NCBI GenBank assembly: GCA_044440125.1
Contig: JBITAJ010000018.1
Location: forward strand, 117,233 to 181,232
Length of the DNA stretch: 64,000 nt
Direction of reading: 5' to 3'
Source of the DNA: Sedimentisphaeraceae bacterium JB056
GTDB taxonomy: Bacteria; Planctomycetota; Phycisphaerae; Sedimentisphaerales; Sedimentisphaeraceae
Of this stretch, positions 54,295 through 64,000 are shown piece by piece; position 1 is the first letter of the stretch; each line of letters starts with the position of its first letter. The notes under the pieces are model-generated. The model was not told the DNA's origin, did not search any database, and saw nothing but the letters and a program-made list of their open reading frames with translations. The position numbers and the translations under genes were made by a program.

Positions 54295-55698
54295 ATGGTT
54301 GAGAGTATGAAGTTTAAACAAATGACAGTGTTCAGTGTATTGCTGTTCAGTCTATTTTCTTTTCATTCAATGGCAGGCACAGAAGTTTTTCCAGGTAATG
54401 AGGCAATTGAATTACCGAACCAGCCGACGCTTGCTGACTATGTTGCCTATGCCGTTGCTAAAAGTCCATCTTTGAAGGTTGCCTACAATGAATGGATGGC
54501 GCAGACTGAAACCGTAGAGCAGGCTGGTTATCTACCTGACCCTATGATTGAATACAAATATTTCATTGAGGAGGTAGAGACGCGTGTAGGTCCGCAAAAG
54601 CAAAGTATAGGAGTCTCTCAGGCTTTTCCATGGTTTGGTGAGCTTGAAATTAAGAGTAATATTGCTTCTAAAATATCGCAGGCTTACGCTCAAAAATATG
54701 AAGCTTTCAGATTTGAACTTGAGCATCAGGTAAGCAGTGCGTATTTTGAGTACTTTTATATTCAGAAAGCTCTTGAGATTACCGAAGCTAATACTAAGCT
54801 GCTCAAATATATAGAGAATGTTGCCCTCAACCTTTACAGAGTTGGTAGCAAGAGCAGGGCAAATCTTATCCAGTCTCAGGTTGAAACACTTAAACTTGAT
54901 GATATGCTCAGTGAACTTCAAGAAAAGAATGATCTGGTCAAAGCGAAGTTTAATACATTGCTTGACAGGGATATTCAGCAGGATATTTTTATAGAGAAGT
55001 CGCCTGCGTTTTACAATATAGATATATCTGAAGACCAGATAATAGCTATCGCCCAGAGTAGTAATCCGCAGATAGCTTCACTTGCCAGCAACATATCAGG
55101 CAAACGTGAAGGAATAGAGTTAGCGAAAAGATCTTATTACCCTGATTTCAAACTTGGGTTGAGTTATATTGATACCGGTGATTCTATATACTCCGATCCC
55201 TCTGACAACGGTAAAGATCCGGTAATCGCTTCAATCTCTCTGACAATACCTCTTTGGCAGGATAAGTACGCTTCGGGAGTAAGGGAGGCCAAGAAAAGAT
55301 ATTACGCTGCAGTAAACATGCACAATGATTCGGTTAATAGGCTTGAATATGATATTAAAGAAGCGTTGTTTGATTACCGGAATTCAACGAGAAAAATTGA
55401 ACTTTACGGCCAGTCGCTTCTTCCTCAGGCATTTCAATCAGTCAAAGTACTTGAACAGGGCTTCAGAGCTGGTGAACGTGATTTTACTGAATTTGCAAAT
55501 TCGCAGAGGCTGATGCTGGAATTCCTGCTTTCATATTACAGGTCTGTAGCGGATAAAGCTATAGCCGTTTCAAAAATCAAGATGCTTACAGGAGGCAAGC
55601 TTCCAATGAGTGAGTACGAACTGCCGCAGATAACAGGAATTGATGAATTTGAAAGTTCTTTCAACAGTGCAGAGAAAGGAACTGAAGATGAAAAATAG
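54295..55698 (+). CDS. TolC family outer membrane efflux protein
   Basis: Signal peptide; LPDP, SQ.FPWFG, YPDF.LG, SL.IPLW; upstream of adaptor and RND genes. Confidence 0.9.
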   Translation: MVESMKFKQMTVFSVLLFSLFSFHSMAGTEVFPGNEAIELPNQPTLADYVAYAVAKSPSLKVAYNEWMAQTETVEQAGYLPDPMIEYKYFIEEVETRVGPQKQSIGVSQAFPWFGELEIKSNIASKISQAYAQKYEAFRFELEHQVSSAYFEYFYIQKALEITEANTKLLKYIENVALNLYRVGSKSRANLIQSQVETLKLDDMLSELQEKNDLVKAKFNTLLDRDIQQDIFIEKSPAFYNIDISEDQIIAIAQSSNPQIASLASNISGKREGIELAKRSYYPDFKLGLSYIDTGDSIYSDPSDNGKDPVIASISLTIPLWQDKYASGVREAKKRYYAAVNMHNDSVNRLEYDIKEALFDYRNSTRKIELYGQSLLPQAFQSVKVLEQGFRAGERDFTEFANSQRLMLEFLLSYYRSVADKAIAVSKIKMLTGGKLPMSEYELPQITGIDEFESSFNSAEKGTEDEK

Positions 55699-57709
55699 AG
55701 TTAAGATGACTTTGATAATTCTTTCGGTGGCAGTAGTGTCTATTTTGATTGGCTACCGTTTCGGCTCGTCTGCAGAATCATTACAATCAGATTCACATAA
55801 GGACCATTCCGCTTCTGAGCATTCCCAGCAAATCTGGACCTGCTCCATGCATCCCCAGATTCAACTGCCTGAGCCGGGAAAATGCCCTATATGTGGTATG
55901 GATCTTATAGTTGCCAAAAGTTCGCCGAATGTTTCTGGAGTGAAAACACCTACTCTTACGCTTGGCGAGAATGCGATTGCCTTGATGGAGGTGGAGACAG
56001 TGCCGGTTGTAAGGCAGTTTGTTACCGCTGAAATAAGGATGAGTGGTAAGATAGATTATGATGAGACGCGTGTCTCTTATATAACAGCGTGGATTGACGG
56101 CAGGCTTGACAGGCTTTTTGTTGATTATACAGGAGTGCCGGTGTCCAGGGGTGATCATATGGTTTATATGTACAGTCCCGCCCTTTTAAGTGCTCAGGAA
56201 GAGTATTTGCAGTTGCTCTCAGCGGTAGAAGCCGGTTCAAACGGTGCTTTCCAACGCATAAATAAAGAGTCGTTAAAAGCAGCACGTGATAAGCTGCTTT
56301 TGCTCGGGCTCAAAGAAGAACAAATAGATGAAATTGAGGCTGAGGGGAAAGTCAGTGATCATGTTACGATATATTCTCCTTCTTCCGGAATAGTTATAGA
56401 TAAGAATGCTGTAGAGGGGATGTATGTAAAAACAGGTACTCGCATCTATACGGTTGCTGATATGACAAAAGTCTGGGCAAAGCTTGATGCTTATGAATCA
56501 GACATGGAGTGGCTCAGGTACGGTCAGAAAGTAAAGTTTACAACAGTCTCATATCCGGGGCAGGAATTTGAAGGTGTCGTAAGCTTTATTGATCCGATAC
56601 TTGATGAGCGGACGAGAACCGTTAAGCTCAGGCTTGATGTTGATAATTCGGACGGCAGACTCAAGCCCGGCATGTTCATCAAGGCGGTTGTTGAATCGAA
56701 TATTGCGGCAGGCGGAAGAGTGATGGATATGAATATGGCCGGCAAATGGATATGTCCGATGCATCCCGGCGTTGTAAAGGAATCTTTAGGAGATTGTGAT
56801 ATTTGCGGTATGCCGCTTGTTACTACCGAATCGCTTGGATATGTAAGCGAGGAGACTGGCTCTGTGGATAAACCACTGGTGATACCGGTTTCCGCGGCTC
56901 TGGTGACGGGTAAGCGTGCGATTGTGTATATCAAAGTTCTTGAAGATGATGCAGGCGAGAGTGTCTTTGAAGGCAGAGAGGTTGAGCTTGGGCCAAGAGC
57001 AGGCGATTATTACATAGTACGCAGCGGACTCTCTGAGGGTGAGCTTGTAGTTACGAAGGGTAATTTCAAGATAGACAGCAGCTTGCAGATCAAAGCTGCC
57101 GGAGGAATGATGAGTCCACATGGCGGTGCGGATGATGTTTCGTCAGACATGAAACACATGCATCATGACCAGATGAGCGAAAATGAGATCAAGCCGATAG
57201 AAATGCCTTCTGTGATGAAAGCAAAGGTTGACGGTCATTTCAGGATGAGGTTTAAAAAGTTGAATGATGATTATTTTAAGCTTCAAAAGGCTCTGACTCT
57301 TGATGACCTTGAAAGTTCGATAAAAGCTGTTGAATTGGCTCTTGCCGATCTGGAGAAGATAAATGCCAGCCTACTTGCCGAAGAATATAGAAGCCATTGG
57401 GGAGAACTTTCTATTCCTTTGAAGAAAACTTTGGGCTTGGCAGCTGATGCAAAAAATATTAAAGAACTTCGTGAAGAATTTTATAAGATTTCGCAGCAGT
57501 TTACTGCCTTGGTTCGATATTTTGGCCCGCCTGTAAAAGAACCCATATACAGGATGCATTGTCCTATGGCTTTCGATAACAAAGGCGCCGACTGGCTGCA
57601 AAAGGATAAACAGGTATTAAATCCCTACTTTGGTGACAAAATGCTAAGGTGCGGATCAATGGAGGAGCAGATCGAAGCTAAAGATATTTGGCAAGAGGAA
57701 GATAAATGA
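55688..57709 (+). CDS. cusB: CusB-like RND periplasmic adaptor with two heavy-metal-binding motifs and a DUF3347-like tail
   Basis: WTCSMHP..CPICGM, WICPMHP..CDICGM, LKPGM, C-terminal CPMA...WL...NPYFG..ML.CG. Confidence 0.88.
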   Translation: MKNRVKMTLIILSVAVVSILIGYRFGSSAESLQSDSHKDHSASEHSQQIWTCSMHPQIQLPEPGKCPICGMDLIVAKSSPNVSGVKTPTLTLGENAIALMEVETVPVVRQFVTAEIRMSGKIDYDETRVSYITAWIDGRLDRLFVDYTGVPVSRGDHMVYMYSPALLSAQEEYLQLLSAVEAGSNGAFQRINKESLKAARDKLLLLGLKEEQIDEIEAEGKVSDHVTIYSPSSGIVIDKNAVEGMYVKTGTRIYTVADMTKVWAKLDAYESDMEWLRYGQKVKFTTVSYPGQEFEGVVSFIDPILDERTRTVKLRLDVDNSDGRLKPGMFIKAVVESNIAAGGRVMDMNMAGKWICPMHPGVVKESLGDCDICGMPLVTTESLGYVSEETGSVDKPLVIPVSAALVTGKRAIVYIKVLEDDAGESVFEGREVELGPRAGDYYIVRSGLSEGELVVTKGNFKIDSSLQIKAAGGMMSPHGGADDVSSDMKHMHHDQMSENEIKPIEMPSVMKAKVDGHFRMRFKKLNDDYFKLQKALTLDDLESSIKAVELALADLEKINASLLAEEYRSHWGELSIPLKKTLGLAADAKNIKELREEFYKISQQFTALVRYFGPPVKEPIYRMHCPMAFDNKGADWLQKDKQVLNPYFGDKMLRCGSMEEQIEAKDIWQEEDK

Positions 57710-60700
57710 GTTTTGAGAAAGAATCATTTTCCGGTCAGATAAAAGAGCAGAGCTCTCTTGTTGGCCGTGTTATACTGTTTTGCCTTACAAACAAACTGGT
57801 AATAGCTATGCTTGTGATATTCTTTATCGGTTGGGGTGTAATTGTTGCTCCTTTCGATTGGGATATAAGCGGCATAGAACGGCGACCTGTTGCAGTTGAT
57901 GCGATACCGGATATCGGAGAAAATCAGCAGATAGTGTTTACGGAATGGCCGGGACGTTCGCCGCAGGATATTGAGGATCAGATATCATATCCGCTAACAG
58001 TGAGTCTGCTTGGTGTGCCCGGTGTCAAGACTGTGCGAAGCTATTCTTCTTTTGGTTTCTCTTCAGTATATATAATTTTTGAAGAAGGCATCGACTTCTA
58101 TTGGTCGCGGTCAAGAGTTCTTGAGAAGCTCAGCAGTTTGCCGTCTGGCACTTTGCCCGATGGTGTCAGGCCGTCGATGGGGCCGGATGCTACCGCTCTC
58201 GGTCAGATATTCTGGTATACACTTGAGGGGCGAGATAGTCAGGGAAATCCGGCCGGAGGCTGGAATCTTGAGGAGCTTAGGACAATACAGGACTGGCAGG
58301 TAAGGTATGCTTTAAACTCTGTGTCGGGAGTCAGTGAGGTTGCCTCTGTTGGAGGATTTGTTCGCGAATATCAGGTTGATGTTGATCCTGATGCAATGCG
58401 TGCTTACGGTGTGAGTCTTTCGGAGGTATACAATGCCGTTAAGAATTCTAATATTGATGTTGGTGCAAAGAATCTTGAGCTTAATAATGTTGAGTATATT
58501 ATTCGTGGTGTTGGCTTTATAAAGAATACTTCTGATATCGAAGATACGGTAGTGAAAGTAGTAGACAATATTCCTGTTCTTGTTAAAAATATAGCGATTG
58601 TCAGCACCGGGCCTGCTCTAAGACGCGGCGGGCTTGATAAGGGCGGTGCTGAAGCGGTGGGTGGTGTAGTAGTCGCTCGTTACGGTGATAATCCGCTGAG
58701 GGTTATAAAGAATGTTCAGGCGAAAATAGACGAGATATCGCATTCATTGCCTTCAAAGGTTCATATAGATTTTACGCAAGTCAGTGATAAGTCTGTCAGG
58801 GAATTTGCAGAGTCTAACGGTTTTAATGCATACAAGGATGGAAGCCTTGATAATGAGCAATGGCTTCAATATATTCGTTCTCTCCCAGAAGACAAACGTC
58901 CTCAATGGGCTTCCATAAGTAAGGTTACTTTAGTTCCATTTTATGACAGGTCTGAGCTGATATATGAAACTCTCGGTACTCTGAATTCTGCCTTGAGTGA
59001 AGAAATCTTAATTACTATCATTGTTGTGCTCTTGATGGTAATGCATCTGAGAAGTTCTCTGCTGATAAGCGGGCTTCTGCCGCTTGCTGTATTGATGTGT
59101 TTTATAGCTATGAAAATATTTGGGGTAGATGCCAACATAGTGGCTCTATCAGGTATTGCGATTGCCATCGGAACAATGGTTGATATGGGGATTGTGATAT
59201 GTGAAAATATTCTGAGGCAGCTTGGTAAGGCAAGCCCTCAGGAAAGTAAGTTGAATATAGTGCATCGCGCATCAAGTGAGGTTGGCAGTGCGGTGCTTAC
59301 GGCAGTTGCAACGACTGTTGTCAGTTTCCTTCCGGTATTTGCCATGACTGGCTCTGAGGGGAAATTGTTCAAACCTCTGGCTTTTACAAAGACGTTTGCT
59401 CTTATAGCCTCTGTGATAGTTGCCTTGATGGTAATACCTCCGGCGGCGCATATCCTGTTTTGCCACAAACGTCCGCAGCTTAAAAAAGTATCGAGGATGA
59501 TGTTTTACGCGATTGTATTTTTAATCTCAATAGCCATTGCGTTATCATTTAACCTGATCTTTGGCGTGATATTGCTTTTGCTTGGACTTTATTATTGCTC
59601 AAGTAACTCTGTTACGGGAAAACTCTCAAGCATTCTCAACTGGGTTGTGAATATTGTTGCAGTCATCTTTGTAGGAGTATTGCTTTCTTCGCATTGGGAG
59701 CCTATAGGCCCTCAGAAAGGGTTGTTTCTAAACTTTATTTTTGTGGCTATAGTGGTCGGAGCCGTCTTGTTTGCTTTCTGGCTGTTCAGGGTTTTCTATC
59801 CGCGAATACTGTCTCTTTGCCTACGACATAAGGTTTGTTTTCTGTCATTACCGGTTCTTTTTCTTATTTTAGGAGGGTGCATATGGCTTGGTTTTGATAA
59901 GGTCTTTGCTCCTGTCGGAGAAATAGGTGGTATGAAACAAACTGATTTCTGGGCTTCGGCGGATAATGTTTTTCCTGGGCTGGGTAAGGAATTCATGCCG
60001 TCTCTTGATGAGGGATCATTTCTTTACATGCCTACTACAATGGCTCACGCGTCAATTGGTGAGGCAATGGATGTTCTCAGTAAACAGGACATGGCCTTGC
60101 AGGATATACCAGAGGTTGATTCAGTTGTTGGTAAGATAGGGCGTGCACAGACACCGCTTGACCCTGCTCCAATTTCGATGGTTGAGACGGTGATAAACTA
60201 CAAGCCGGAGTATATTACGGACAAGAACGGTAGGCGTGTCAAATTCAGATATGACAGAAAAAAGTATGAATTTGTTCGCGATGATTTTGGTGAGTTGATT
60301 GTTGATGACGCCGGCCAGCCTTATCGGCAATGGCGAGATGAGATCAAGAATCCAGATGATATATGGGAGAAAATAGTTGAAGCGGCAACTATCGAGGGTA
60401 CTACTTCTGCGCCAAAACTTCAGCCGATAGCAGCAAGGATAGTGATGCTTCAAAGCGGCATGCGTGCTCCGATGGGAGTGAAGGTTAAAGGGCCTTCGCT
60501 TGAAACAATAGAAGATGCTTCGCTTCAGATAGAATCACTCTTAAAGCAGGTAGAAACGGTTCGTCCTCAGACAGTTATTGCCGACAGGATAGTCGGTAAG
60601 CCATATCTTGAGATTGTACCTGACAGAAAAGCATTGGCCCGCTATGGTGTAAGCATTCGTTCTTTTCAGGATGTTGTAGAGATTGCCATAGGAGGCAGTA

Positions 60701-61647
60701 CGGCTACTTCGACAGTTGAAGGGCGAGAGAGATTTGCGGTCAGGGTTCGGTATCAAAGAGAGCTGCGAGACAGTATTGAGGCGTTGCCAAAGATACTGGT
60801 GACTTCCAATGATGGTGTGCATATCCCATTGGGACAGCTTGCGGAAATACGTTATGTACGCGGCCCGCAGGTCATAAAGAGTGAGGATACGTTTCTAACC
60901 GGTTATGTCTTGTTTGACATGATTGAAGGTGGTGCAGAGGTAGATGTTGTAGAAAACTGCAAGGCCTATCTTGAAACGGCTATTGAAGAAGGCAGACTTC
61001 TCTTGCCTGCCGGCGTGAGCTATTCATTTGCCGGAAACTATCAAAATCAGATACGTTCTCAAAAGACACTTGCAATAGTCTTGCCCCTGTCGCTATTTGT
61101 TATCTTCCTGATATTATACATGCAGTTCCGATCTGTTAGTACTACGCTTCTTGTTTTCAGCGGCATATTGGTCGCGTGGAGCGGAGGTTTTCTGCTTGTG
61201 TGGTTATACGGGCAGGGTTGGTTCATGAACTTTGAATTATTCGGAACGAATATTCGTGACTTCCTTCAAATCAAACCTATAAATCTGAGTGTTGCCGTTT
61301 GGGTTGGTTTCTTAGCTCTTTTCGGAATTGCTTCCGATGATGGAGTTGTAATGGCAACTTATCTTACGCAGTCATTTCGTGATAAAAAACAAACTTCTCT
61401 TTCCAAAATAAGGGAGCTGACTATTTCTGCAGGACAACGGCGCGTCAGGGCATGCCTGATGACTACGGCTACAACGCTGCTTGCTCTTCTGCCTGTATTG
61501 ACATCTCAGGGCAGAGGAAGCGATGTTATGGTGCCAATGGCAATACCGGTCTTTGGCGGTATGGCTATTGAGTTCTTGACTATGCTTATAGTACCCGTAT
61601 TATACTGTGCTATAGAGGAGCTGAAATTCAAGATGCTTACAAAATAA
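57706..61647 (+). CDS. cusA: CusA/CzcA family heavy-metal RND permease (long form)
   Basis: DAIPDIGENQ.IV.TEW.GRSP, GIAIAIG.MVD, EGKLF.PLA.TK, FMP.LDEG, R.RA.LMT..TT. Confidence 0.92.
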   Translation: MSFEKESFSGQIKEQSSLVGRVILFCLTNKLVIAMLVIFFIGWGVIVAPFDWDISGIERRPVAVDAIPDIGENQQIVFTEWPGRSPQDIEDQISYPLTVSLLGVPGVKTVRSYSSFGFSSVYIIFEEGIDFYWSRSRVLEKLSSLPSGTLPDGVRPSMGPDATALGQIFWYTLEGRDSQGNPAGGWNLEELRTIQDWQVRYALNSVSGVSEVASVGGFVREYQVDVDPDAMRAYGVSLSEVYNAVKNSNIDVGAKNLELNNVEYIIRGVGFIKNTSDIEDTVVKVVDNIPVLVKNIAIVSTGPALRRGGLDKGGAEAVGGVVVARYGDNPLRVIKNVQAKIDEISHSLPSKVHIDFTQVSDKSVREFAESNGFNAYKDGSLDNEQWLQYIRSLPEDKRPQWASISKVTLVPFYDRSELIYETLGTLNSALSEEILITIIVVLLMVMHLRSSLLISGLLPLAVLMCFIAMKIFGVDANIVALSGIAIAIGTMVDMGIVICENILRQLGKASPQESKLNIVHRASSEVGSAVLTAVATTVVSFLPVFAMTGSEGKLFKPLAFTKTFALIASVIVALMVIPPAAHILFCHKRPQLKKVSRMMFYAIVFLISIAIALSFNLIFGVILLLLGLYYCSSNSVTGKLSSILNWVVNIVAVIFVGVLLSSHWEPIGPQKGLFLNFIFVAIVVGAVLFAFWLFRVFYPRILSLCLRHKVCFLSLPVLFLILGGCIWLGFDKVFAPVGEIGGMKQTDFWASADNVFPGLGKEFMPSLDEGSFLYMPTTMAHASIGEAMDVLSKQDMALQDIPEVDSVVGKIGRAQTPLDPAPISMVETVINYKPEYITDKNGRRVKFRYDRKKYEFVRDDFGELIVDDAGQPYRQWRDEIKNPDDIWEKIVEAATIEGTTSAPKLQPIAARIVMLQSGMRAPMGVKVKGPSLETIEDASLQIESLLKQVETVRPQTVIADRIVGKPYLEIVPDRKALARYGVSIRSFQDVVEIAIGGSTATSTVEGRERFAVRVRYQRELRDSIEALPKILVTSNDGVHIPLGQLAEIRYVRGPQVIKSEDTFLTGYVLFDMIEGGAEVDVVENCKAYLETAIEEGRLLLPAGVSYSFAGNYQNQIRSQKTLAIVLPLSLFVIFLILYMQFRSVSTTLLVFSGILVAWSGGFLLVWLYGQGWFMNFELFGTNIRDFLQIKPINLSVAVWVGFLALFGIASDDGVVMATYLTQSFRDKKQTSLSKIRELTISAGQRRVRACLMTTATTLLALLPVLTSQGRGSDVMVPMAIPVFGGMAIEFLTMLIVPVLYCAIEELKFKMLTK

Positions 61648-61685
61648 AAACAGGCGGGGCATTATATGTAAGACCCCGCCTGTTT
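61648..61685. terminator. Bidirectional terminator between cusA and uxaC
   Basis: AAACAGGCGGGG-loop-CCCCGCCTGTTT. Confidence 0.8.
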
Positions 61686-61708
61686 CTTTTATACTGTGTT
61701 ATGAGTAA

Positions 61709-63124
61709 TCAAAGGTCAAAGCCGAAATATTTATTTGCGTTGTTATAGCAGATATCCTGAACCATCCGGCCTACAAGCTGGAAGTCTTGTGGGATAAGTC
61801 CTTTTTCCATGTCGTTTCCGAGTATATTGCAGAGTATGCGTCTGAAATACTCGTGTCTGGTGTACGAGAGGAATGAACGGCTGTCGGTCAACATACCGAC
61901 GAATCGACTCAGGAGGCCCAGTTGTGAGAGAGCTTCTATCTGTTTTTCCATGCCGTCTTTCTGGTCAAGGAACCACCATCCGCTGCCGAATTGCATCTTG
62001 CCCGCTGTCTCACCATCCTGGAAATTCCCAAGCATCGTTGCTATTATCTCGTTATGGCTTGGGTTTATGTTGTATATGATCGTTTTTGTAAGTTTTCCTG
62101 CCTGGTCAAGTCTGTTGAAGAGTTTTGACATTGCGCTTGCTGCGTTAAAATCTCCGATAGAATCAAAGCCCGTATCAGGACCTAACTTTTTCAACATTCT
62201 TGAGTTGTTGTTTCTCATTACGCCGTAGTGTATCTGCTGTGTCCAGCCTTTTCGGTGGTTCATGCGGCAGAATTCAAAAAGCATTGCTGATTTGAATTTG
62301 AGTTTTTCTTCATGGTCAAGATTGCTTCCGCCGCGGATTTTGTTAAATATGGCAACTATATCTGAGTCAGTGTAGTCTTCGGCGTAAACAGTTTCAATGC
62401 CGTGATCGCTTAGACGGCAGCCGCAATCATGGAAAAAATCCTGACGTCTTTCTAAGGCATCGATAAAATTCCTGTATGTGGCAATGTCAATGTTTACACG
62501 GTAGCCGAGTTTGTCAACCCATTCATTGAACATTGACTGATGGTCAACGGTCATGGCTTTATCAGGCCGCCATGTCGGCAGCATTTTGACATCAAAGCTG
62601 CTGTCTTTGGCTACTGCAATATGGTCTTCAAGGTCGTCAGTTGGGTCGTCGGTAGTGCAGACAAGCTTTACATTGCTTTGTTTCATCAGTTTTCTTGCAC
62701 TGATTTGGCCGCTTTTGAACATTTGGCCGGTTTCGGTCCAGATTTTATCTGATGTTTTTGGCGAGAGCAACTCGTCTATTCCGAAATATCTTTTGAGTTC
62801 AAGATGGCTCCAGTGATACATTGGGTTTCTCAGAAGGTAGGGCATTGTCTCTGCGAATTTTTCGAATTTATCTCGATCGCTTGCTTTGCCGGTACAGTAT
62901 TCTTCGTTTATGCCGTTGCTTCTCATTGCACGCCATTTATAGTGGTCACCGTAAAGCCAGACCTGGGTTATGTTGTCCCAGCTCTTATCGGAGGCTACTT
63001 CTGATGGGTTGAGGTGGCAATGATAATCGATTATCGGCATCTCTTTGGCGTATTCGTGATAAAGAGTTTGGGCCGATTTGGTTTCGAGGCAAAACTCGTC
63101 GTTTATGAAATTTTTGTTTTCCAT
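61709..63124 (-). CDS. uxaC: Glucuronate (uronate) isomerase
   Basis: PIIDYHCHL, GDHYKWRAMR, CTTDDP, GSGWWFLDQ, GMLTDSRSFLSY.RHEYFRR. Confidence 0.97.
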   Translation of the reverse strand: MENKNFINDEFCLETKSAQTLYHEYAKEMPIIDYHCHLNPSEVASDKSWDNITQVWLYGDHYKWRAMRSNGINEEYCTGKASDRDKFEKFAETMPYLLRNPMYHWSHLELKRYFGIDELLSPKTSDKIWTETGQMFKSGQISARKLMKQSNVKLVCTTDDPTDDLEDHIAVAKDSSFDVKMLPTWRPDKAMTVDHQSMFNEWVDKLGYRVNIDIATYRNFIDALERRQDFFHDCGCRLSDHGIETVYAEDYTDSDIVAIFNKIRGGSNLDHEEKLKFKSAMLFEFCRMNHRKGWTQQIHYGVMRNNNSRMLKKLGPDTGFDSIGDFNAASAMSKLFNRLDQAGKLTKTIIYNINPSHNEIIATMLGNFQDGETAGKMQFGSGWWFLDQKDGMEKQIEALSQLGLLSRFVGMLTDSRSFLSYTRHEYFRRILCNILGNDMEKGLIPQDFQLVGRMVQDICYNNANKYFGFDL

Positions 63125-63226
63125 TTTGCAAACCTTATGACAGATAAAGTGTTTATGTTTATTTTATAATACCACAATATTAATATATCACAAGCCGAAA
63201 AAAATGCAAATCTTTTGCCTGTATTT

Positions 63227-63479
63227 TTTTACCACGAATCACACGGAAGGCACGAAATTAATTGAAAATGCTTGGGGGCGGCGATTAGTGATTAGCTGCG
63301 GGGAAGGTGTTAAAGGTTAGAAAAGTTGGAAAGGTTGGGAAAAGTTGGGAGGTAGTGGTGGTTAAGGGATGAAATTCAAAGAAATTTATTGTAAATAGAT
63401 TTTCTGAGGATAGAATGTTTATTCAGTAACCAGTTAACAATGATCAGTTATAGTTATCAGTTATCAATTAACAGTTATC
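63227..63479. repeat. Cluster of several degenerate 7-10-bp tandem-repeat tracts
   Basis: CACG(A/G)A x3 (63233-63256), GATTAG x2, AA(A/G)GTT(A/G)G x4 (63312-63350), CAGTTAT-like units (63424-63479). Confidence 0.7.
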
Positions 63480-63619
63480 TGCAAGTGCCGGCTGTAGGTA
63501 GTGTTTTGTGTGTAAGTGGTTGTTAATAATGGTGTTAAAGAGTAAGGAAAAGAAACCTGGACCCTTTAATTGGTCTTGCGATTTCAAAGGCAAGTATATA
63601 TTAATGAAAGGACTAACCG

Positions 63620-63838
63620 ATGGCAAAATACAAATGTATCAAATGTGGTAGTGGAATGTCTTGTTCGTCACATCCAATGATTGGTAACTGTAGCAAAGGT
63701 AATGGGCACAACTGGGTTTTGGAAGATGGAGTTGCAAAAAGTTACAAATGTATAAAATGTGGTAGTGGAGTGCACTCAAATAGCCATCCTTTAGTGAGCG
63801 GCTGTAGCAAAGGCGGTGAGCATGACTGGAAATACTAG
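63620..63838 (+). CDS. Small protein of two tandem Cys3-His (zinc-ribbon-like) repeats
   Basis: GAAAGGA RBS; YKCIKCGSG......HP....CSKG..H.W twice with a 38-aa period. Confidence 0.8.
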   Translation: MAKYKCIKCGSGMSCSSHPMIGNCSKGNGHNWVLEDGVAKSYKCIKCGSGVHSNSHPLVSGCSKGGEHDWKY

Positions 63839-64000
63839 GAAGAGTTAAAGGGGGCAGGTCCAATACTGTTCGGCACCCCATTTGCTAAATCTTATTTACA
63901 ATGGTTAATTATATCGTGGTTGCATTGTATTTCAATCTGTAAAGTGTTGGAAGTTGGATATCGAATGCTTGTTCTGATATTTTCGCGCATGCTCAAGGGC

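Overview
A 64-kb AT-rich bacterial chromosomal window made up mostly of housekeeping genes. The diderm, LPS-making gene content, thyX, class II RNR, hcp and URO-D-like paralogs suggest an anaerobic PVC-group organism such as Phycisphaerae; this is an inference only. The left half holds the scpB 3' end, exbD, dapF, tRNA-Gln(CTG), tex, a ROK kinase, der, pgl and mltA. These are followed by a long hpf-PTS-RNase E/G-kdsD-kdsC-(LptC/LptA-like)-lpxB gene run, nrdJ with five NrdR-like boxes, a macro-domain gene, Rrf2-hcp, DtxR-feoB and a gldA interrupted by a single in-frame TAG. The right half holds a URO-D-like pair with AraC, dinG, a GC-richer radical SAM/UbiA/methyltransferase block, a catalytically degenerate E2 domain, an ETF:QO-like flavoprotein, a UAP1-type pyrophosphorylase, thyX, a CsoR-controlled Cus-type RND system, uxaC and a small duplicated Cys/His protein. 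The most striking observation is a four-helix-bundle (23S-IVP/Avd-like) gene at 50876-51442. It is enclosed by inverted arms built from ATGGAC tandem units and bounded by an 8-bp direct repeat (ATGAAATT), so it looks like a transposase-less insertion in an operon. An ORF-less hairpin with similar architecture lies at about 50.03-50.12 kb, and unpaired repeat arms occur at about 49.37 kb and 63.2-63.5 kb. I found no CRISPR array, rRNA gene or transposase/integrase. All family assignments come from motif recognition by eye, not database searches.
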